Assembly: GCA_005893365.1 (NCBI GenBank)
Contig: VBPB01000021.1
Coordinates: forward strand, 1-36,400
Direction: 5' to 3'
Origin: Candidatus Eiseniibacteriota bacterium
GTDB taxonomy: Bacteria > Eisenbacteria > RBG-16-71-46
Length of the DNA: 36,400 nt
The notes below the pieces were generated by a model that saw only the letters and a program-made list of their open reading frames with translations, made no database searches and was not told the DNA's origin. Positions 32,746-36,400 of the stretch are shown piece after piece. Position numbers and translations under genes: made by a program. Every line of letters starts with the position of its first letter. Positions within the stretch are counted from its first letter, which is position 1.

Positions 32746-33851
32746 CGCAGCGGCTTGCGGAAGAGGTGAAGGCGGTGCATGACCCGCGCCCCGCTGCGCA
32801 TGGCGCCACGCAGCGAGGCGGCGTTCACGTCCGCGATCCACGTGATGCCGAGGGTCTCGTAGCCGGCGCCGCGGAGCGCGGCCAGCATCTCGTGGATCAT
32901 CACCGCGCCGAGGCCTCGGTGCTGGAGGCGCCGGCGCACCGCCTGGATGATGACCACCGCGCGGCGGCACCGCCGGCGGTACATCAGCAGCCGGGGCAGC
33001 GTGAGCGGGCCGAATCGCGAACGACAGGCGCGCAACAACGGGTTCAGATCGGGGATGCAGAGGAGCAGGCCGACCATCTCAGGCCCTTCGCGCACGATCG
33101 AGGAGAGGCGCGGGTCGATCACCCACGACAGGTCCTTCGCCTGGAACTGGAACTCCTCGTGGGTGAGCGGCACGAACATGGGATTCGCGTCGAAGCCGTC
33201 GTTGAAGGCATCGCAGATCTCGGGCAGCAGGCGCTGGAGCCCGCGGACCTCGAGCCGGCTCCAGGTGAACCTGGGATCGGCGCGAAGCGCCCGGTCCTCG
33301 GGGCGCACCAGCGCGTCGAGGTCCACGGACGACAGGACGATCTCGAGCTGCGACATGGGGAACTCCCGGGCGTAGCCGGCCCGCTCGAGCAGCGCCGGGA
33401 TGTGCGGCGGGTTCCAGAGCTGGTCGGAGTACGGCGGGTGCTCGAACCCCTCGGTCATCACGCCCGCGGGTGCCATGGCGGTGAGGTTGAAGTTGCCCCA
33501 GATCTCATCGTGGCCGCGTTCGCGGCCCCAGCGCTCGGCCGCATCGAGCAGCAGCCGCGCGGCCTCCGGGTCCTCCGCGCAATCGAAGTAGCCGAAGCAG
33601 CTCCGGTTCCACCCATGGCGGCGGTTCGAGAGATCGTGGACGTGCGCCGTGAGTCGCCCGACCGGCCGCCCGTCCCGGTGCGCGGTGAAGAAGGTGAGCG
33701 CGCCGAATTCCCGGAGCAGCGGGTTCTTCCGGCAGTCCAGGAATCGCTTCAGGTCCTGATCGAACACCGATACGAACGGCGATTCCCGGCCGTAGACCTG
33801 CTCCGGCGTGTCGAAGAACGCGCGGAAATCGCGCTCCCGTAGTTCAAGCAT
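32742..33851 (-). CDS. Large GNAT-like N-acetyltransferase family protein (369 aa)
   Basis: ..FFTAHRDGRPVGRLTAHV......GYFDCAEDPEAARLLLDAAERWGRERGHDEIWGNFNLT.. and C-terminal ..VRRRLQHRGLGAVMIHEML..GYETLGITWI.. resemble the ~370-400-aa GNAT-like family. SD AAGGGGG upstream. It overlaps the upstream gene by 8 nt. Confidence 0.6.
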   Translation of the reverse strand: MLELRERDFRAFFDTPEQVYGRESPFVSVFDQDLKRFLDCRKNPLLREFGALTFFTAHRDGRPVGRLTAHVHDLSNRRHGWNRSCFGYFDCAEDPEAARLLLDAAERWGRERGHDEIWGNFNLTAMAPAGVMTEGFEHPPYSDQLWNPPHIPALLERAGYAREFPMSQLEIVLSSVDLDALVRPEDRALRADPRFTWSRLEVRGLQRLLPEICDAFNDGFDANPMFVPLTHEEFQFQAKDLSWVIDPRLSSIVREGPEMVGLLLCIPDLNPLLRACRSRFGPLTLPRLLMYRRRCRRAVVIIQAVRRRLQHRGLGAVMIHEMLAALRGAGYETLGITWIADVNAASLRGAMRSGARVMHRLHLFRKPLR

Positions 33852-35082
33852 GGACCCGCCCCCTTTCGATCACTTCCGCTACGGTTCGGATCAGGCCGAG
33901 CTGTGCGGTCGCCGCCTGCTCGAGCCCCGGCGATGGGATGTGGACCAGCAGCAGCACTGGCGGTTCCGACTGGATCAGCGCCGCGTGAGACATGCCCTCG
34001 CGCTCGAGCAGGTACTCGAGCTGTTCGACGTGATACGCGCTCGCGGCGGGCGGCTTGCGCAGCTCACGCCGGAGCTGGTCACGCGTGACGACCCACGCGT
34101 CGCGGTCCCGGAACACCCGGGGGAACTGCCAGAAGTTGTACGCCTCCAGATCCGCGGCCCGCAGCAGCCGGTAGCCGGCCACGATGGGGAGCAGTTCGAG
34201 CACTTGCAGGAAGCTCTCGGTCGAGCGGGTGTCCGCGGCGGCGATGCTGCGCACCAGCCCCGGACCGCGCGCGATCTGACGGTGCGCGCGCACCCGCGAG
34301 TGGATCATCACCAGCAGCAGGACGCACGCGAACAGCGCGGCGCCCCGCTCGACGGTGGCCAGGCGCAGGTCGCCGATGACGTAGGCCTGGACCGTGCCCC
34401 AGAGGGCGGCGAGCCCGATCACCGCCAGGTCGCCGGCCAGGACGGTGCGCGCGTTGCCGCGCGGCTCGGACGCCACGACCGTCGCATGGACGAACATCAG
34501 GATGCCCACCGAGCCCACGCGCACCACGTGGAGCCCGAGATCCCTCGCCAGGTCCGTGATCACGAACGGGACGATCAACGCCACCGCCACCGCGATGGTG
34601 CCGGCGGCGCGATCCTCGACGGGCGTGAGATCCGCGCGATCGCGAAACACGATGGCCCCGGTGAGCACGAGCTGCATCGCGAACACATAGAAGGTGAAGG
34701 CCGGGAGCCAGAACGGGCTCGCGTGGAGCCTTCCCGCCAGCGCCAGCACCACGAACAGAAGGCTGCCCGCCAGCACGAACAGCTTCACGCCCAACGGGAA
34801 GTGGCGGCGCAGCAGCGCCTCGACGAAGAGCAGGATCGCGAGCGGGATCACCGCGGCGACCAGGTAGGTCGTGATGCCGAAGACCGGCAGTCCCGAGATC
34901 CAGTAGAAGCCACGCACGAACAGCAGCACCCCAAGGCATTCGAGCAGGAACATGACGCACAGCTCGAGGCGCGTGCGGGTGGTCTGGATCCAGTAGACGC
35001 GCAGTGCGGCGATCACGCCGTAGAGCGAGAGCCAGGAGACCAGCGCCTCGGCGAGGACGCCGCGCGGATCACCGGGGGGCAC
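33844..35082 (-). CDS. Polytopic membrane protein (about 8 TM) with a ~130-aa soluble C-terminal domain; function unknown
   Basis: Successive hydrophobic helices (..VSWLSLYGVIAALRVYW.., ..MFLLECLGVLLFV.., ..YLVAAVIPLAILLFV.. and others) are followed by a charged domain. Start uncertain: GTG 35082 gives a 14-nt overlap with the ThiF-like gene, GTG 35145 a 77-nt overlap. Confidence 0.6.
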   Translation of the reverse strand: MPPGDPRGVLAEALVSWLSLYGVIAALRVYWIQTTRTRLELCVMFLLECLGVLLFVRGFYWISGLPVFGITTYLVAAVIPLAILLFVEALLRRHFPLGVKLFVLAGSLLFVVLALAGRLHASPFWLPAFTFYVFAMQLVLTGAIVFRDRADLTPVEDRAAGTIAVAVALIVPFVITDLARDLGLHVVRVGSVGILMFVHATVVASEPRGNARTVLAGDLAVIGLAALWGTVQAYVIGDLRLATVERGAALFACVLLLVMIHSRVRAHRQIARGPGLVRSIAAADTRSTESFLQVLELLPIVAGYRLLRAADLEAYNFWQFPRVFRDRDAWVVTRDQLRRELRKPPAASAYHVEQLEYLLEREGMSHAALIQSEPPVLLLVHIPSPGLEQAATAQLGLIRTVAEVIERGRVHA

Positions 35083-35953
35083 GGCCGACGCTCCGGAGCC
35101 AGCGCCGCACCGCCGCCCGACGCAACGCCGCGATCCAGGCGGCACGGGGGCGTTCGATGCGGCCCCGGTACGGGTCCAGGAACCAGCCGCGACAGTCGGT
35201 GGACGAGGGCCTGCCGCACAGGGCGGCCACCGCTTCGTAGGCCAGCAGATTCCCGGTCGTCACGACCATCGGCGCGAAGGAGATCCGCGCGCGGGTGCCG
35301 GCGACGATCTCGCCCGCGATCGCCAGGTCGAGCGTGCTGGCCGTCGAGGAGTGCACCAGCACGTACTCGACCTCGGCGAGCCGGCTCGCGTCGAGCATCT
35401 CGCGGGTGAACCGCTCCGGCGGGACGCCGACGGTGGGAAAGCCGAGCCGCTCTTCCGGCCGTGGGTCCCCGGGACGTACCACCACCACCGAGGGGAGGGT
35501 CGAGGCATACGCATCGATTACCGTGGCGCCCCCCGCCCGCGCCGCGCGATAGAGCCGGATGCCCGCGGCGACGTCGTCCATGCCGTTCACCACCACCCGG
35601 CATCTCGACAGAATCTCGTCCACGTGCGACACCCACTCGGCGCCGTGGGGCCGGACCTCGACCTCGGGATGGATCTCACGCAGCCGCCGGGTCGTGACCT
35701 CCACCTTCGGCCGTCCCAGGTCGCCGACGGTCGCGAACACCTGGCGGTTCAGGTTCGACAGCTCGAAGGTGTCGTGATCGGCGATCTCGAACGCGCCGAC
35801 CCCGGCCCGCGCCGGCGACTGGAGACACGCGCCGCCCATGCCCCCCGTCCCGCAGACGAAGACCCGTCCGGCGCGGAGCCGCTCCTGCTCGGCGACGGTC
35901 ACGAATCCGATGTTGCGCCGGGTCATCTCGGCGTAGTCGAAGGTCGTCGTCAC
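35069..35953 (-). CDS. ThiF/MoeB/HesA-family E1-like adenylyltransferase
   Basis: Nucleotide-binding loop VFVCGTGGMGG and the E1 motif D.DTFELSNLNRQ. 294 aa, with no rhodanese domain or CxxC zinc motifs noticed. The GTG start overlaps the upstream stop (GTGA at 35950-35953). Confidence 0.85.
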   Translation of the reverse strand: MTTTFDYAEMTRRNIGFVTVAEQERLRAGRVFVCGTGGMGGACLQSPARAGVGAFEIADHDTFELSNLNRQVFATVGDLGRPKVEVTTRRLREIHPEVEVRPHGAEWVSHVDEILSRCRVVVNGMDDVAAGIRLYRAARAGGATVIDAYASTLPSVVVVRPGDPRPEERLGFPTVGVPPERFTREMLDASRLAEVEYVLVHSSTASTLDLAIAGEIVAGTRARISFAPMVVTTGNLLAYEAVAALCGRPSSTDCRGWFLDPYRGRIERPRAAWIAALRRAAVRRWLRSVGRAPR

Positions 35954-36400
35954 CGGGTCCGCCTGGGACGCAGGTCACCCATCGCGTGGTCCGGCCGCAA
36001 CCACTGGAGCACCGGCACGACCAGCGTGTTGGCCAGGACGAAAGAGTAGCGGGAGAGCGCCACCGCCCACGCGTCACGCGGTAGCGCGTGCGAGAGGTAT
36101 CGCCAGAGCGTGAACAGGTTGACCTGGCCCAGCTGCAGGAAGTCGTCGCCGCGCTCGTAGTCGAGCGACCGGCGGCACAGCTCGTTGAATCGCTCGTCGC
36201 GGTGGCGGGGAGCCTCGGCCCACGTCTTCTTCAGGTGGTCGCTTCCGCCCGTGTAGGCGTTCAGGATGACGGACCGGTCGGCATCGAAGATGGCCTCCTC
36301 CCCCACGCCGAATGCCGCCCGATGCCGACGCATGATCTCCCGCGCCAGCACGGCGTGATCGAACGTGCGGCGCGCACCCTCGTCGGGCGACGGGTAGACG
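35950..36400 (-). CDS. Hypothetical protein, 5'-partial (continues beyond the window end)
   Basis: The frame is open from 36400 to the stop at 35950 (..DHAVLAREIMRRHRAAFGVGEEAIFDADRSVILNAYTGGSDHLKKTW...LRPDHAMGDLRPRRTR). It is first in the overlapping operon. No family was recognised. Confidence 0.5.
   Translation of the reverse strand, partial: VYPSPDEGARRTFDHAVLAREIMRRHRAAFGVGEEAIFDADRSVILNAYTGGSDHLKKTWAEAPRHRDERFNELCRRSLDYERGDDFLQLGQVNLFTLWRYLSHALPRDAWAVALSRYSFVLANTLVVPVLQWLRPDHAMGDLRPRRTR

Noticed and set aside
30238-32970. 910-aa minus-strand ORF
   Set aside because: Only the 32046-32745 portion is real (the nitroreductase N-terminal part). The remainder is antisense to the di-haem cytochrome gene or upstream read-through into the GNAT-like gene in a different frame.
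31764-36400. Calling the ThiF-nitroreductase operon a TOMM/azole RiPP cluster or a bacterial ubiquitin-like (Bil/CBASS-type) system
   Set aside because: No YcaO cyclodehydratase, precursor peptide, E2, JAB or Ub-like gene is visible, and the nitroreductase looks Acg-like rather than SagB-like. This is kept only as a hypothesis to test.

Overview
High-GC (roughly 70%) bacterial chromosomal window. No rRNA, tRNA, CRISPR array, transposase or integrase was recognised. I support about 27 protein-coding genes. Most long ORFs in the six-frame track are Arg/Gly/Pro-rich antisense shadows of these genes.

Gene content, left to right:
- an M14 zinc carboxypeptidase whose 3' part is inverted (1-2380)
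- a vapBC toxin-antitoxin pair
- a truncated second copy of the M14 5' end
- a 1311-aa Kelch / InlB-B-repeat surface protein and a divergently transcribed FN3-like repeat protein, both ending in a FlgD-Ig / T9SS-type C-terminal domain
- two divergent Ser/Thr kinases (one multi-pass membrane, one TPR) plus a translationally coupled 101-aa protein
- a Spy/CpxP-like periplasmic protein
- a two-domain VOC/glyoxalase protein
- a coupled pair of amidohydrolases (441 and 1070 aa)
- a 700-bp non-coding region with 78-bp tandem repeats and a long hairpin
- a small secreted protein
- a secreted TPR-CHAT protease coupled to a BNR/sialidase-like propeller
- a low-affinity iron permease, an MMPL transporter and a di-haem cytochrome c
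- a tightly overlapping minus-strand operon: unknown (partial) - ThiF/E1-like - polytopic membrane protein - large GNAT-like protein - frameshifted nitroreductase

Six gene junctions are 4-nt ATGA/GTGA start-stop overlaps.

Most unusual observations:
1. A 429-bp in-frame inverted cassette bounded by 30-bp inverted repeats inside the M14 gene (candidate intragenic inverton, or a rearrangement or assembly problem).
2. 112-bp direct repeats bracketing the truncated M14 copy plus the Kelch gene.
3. The structured tandem-repeat intergenic region.
4. The ThiF-membrane-GNAT-nitroreductase operon, of unknown function.

All functional calls come from motif recognition by eye. No database search was run.
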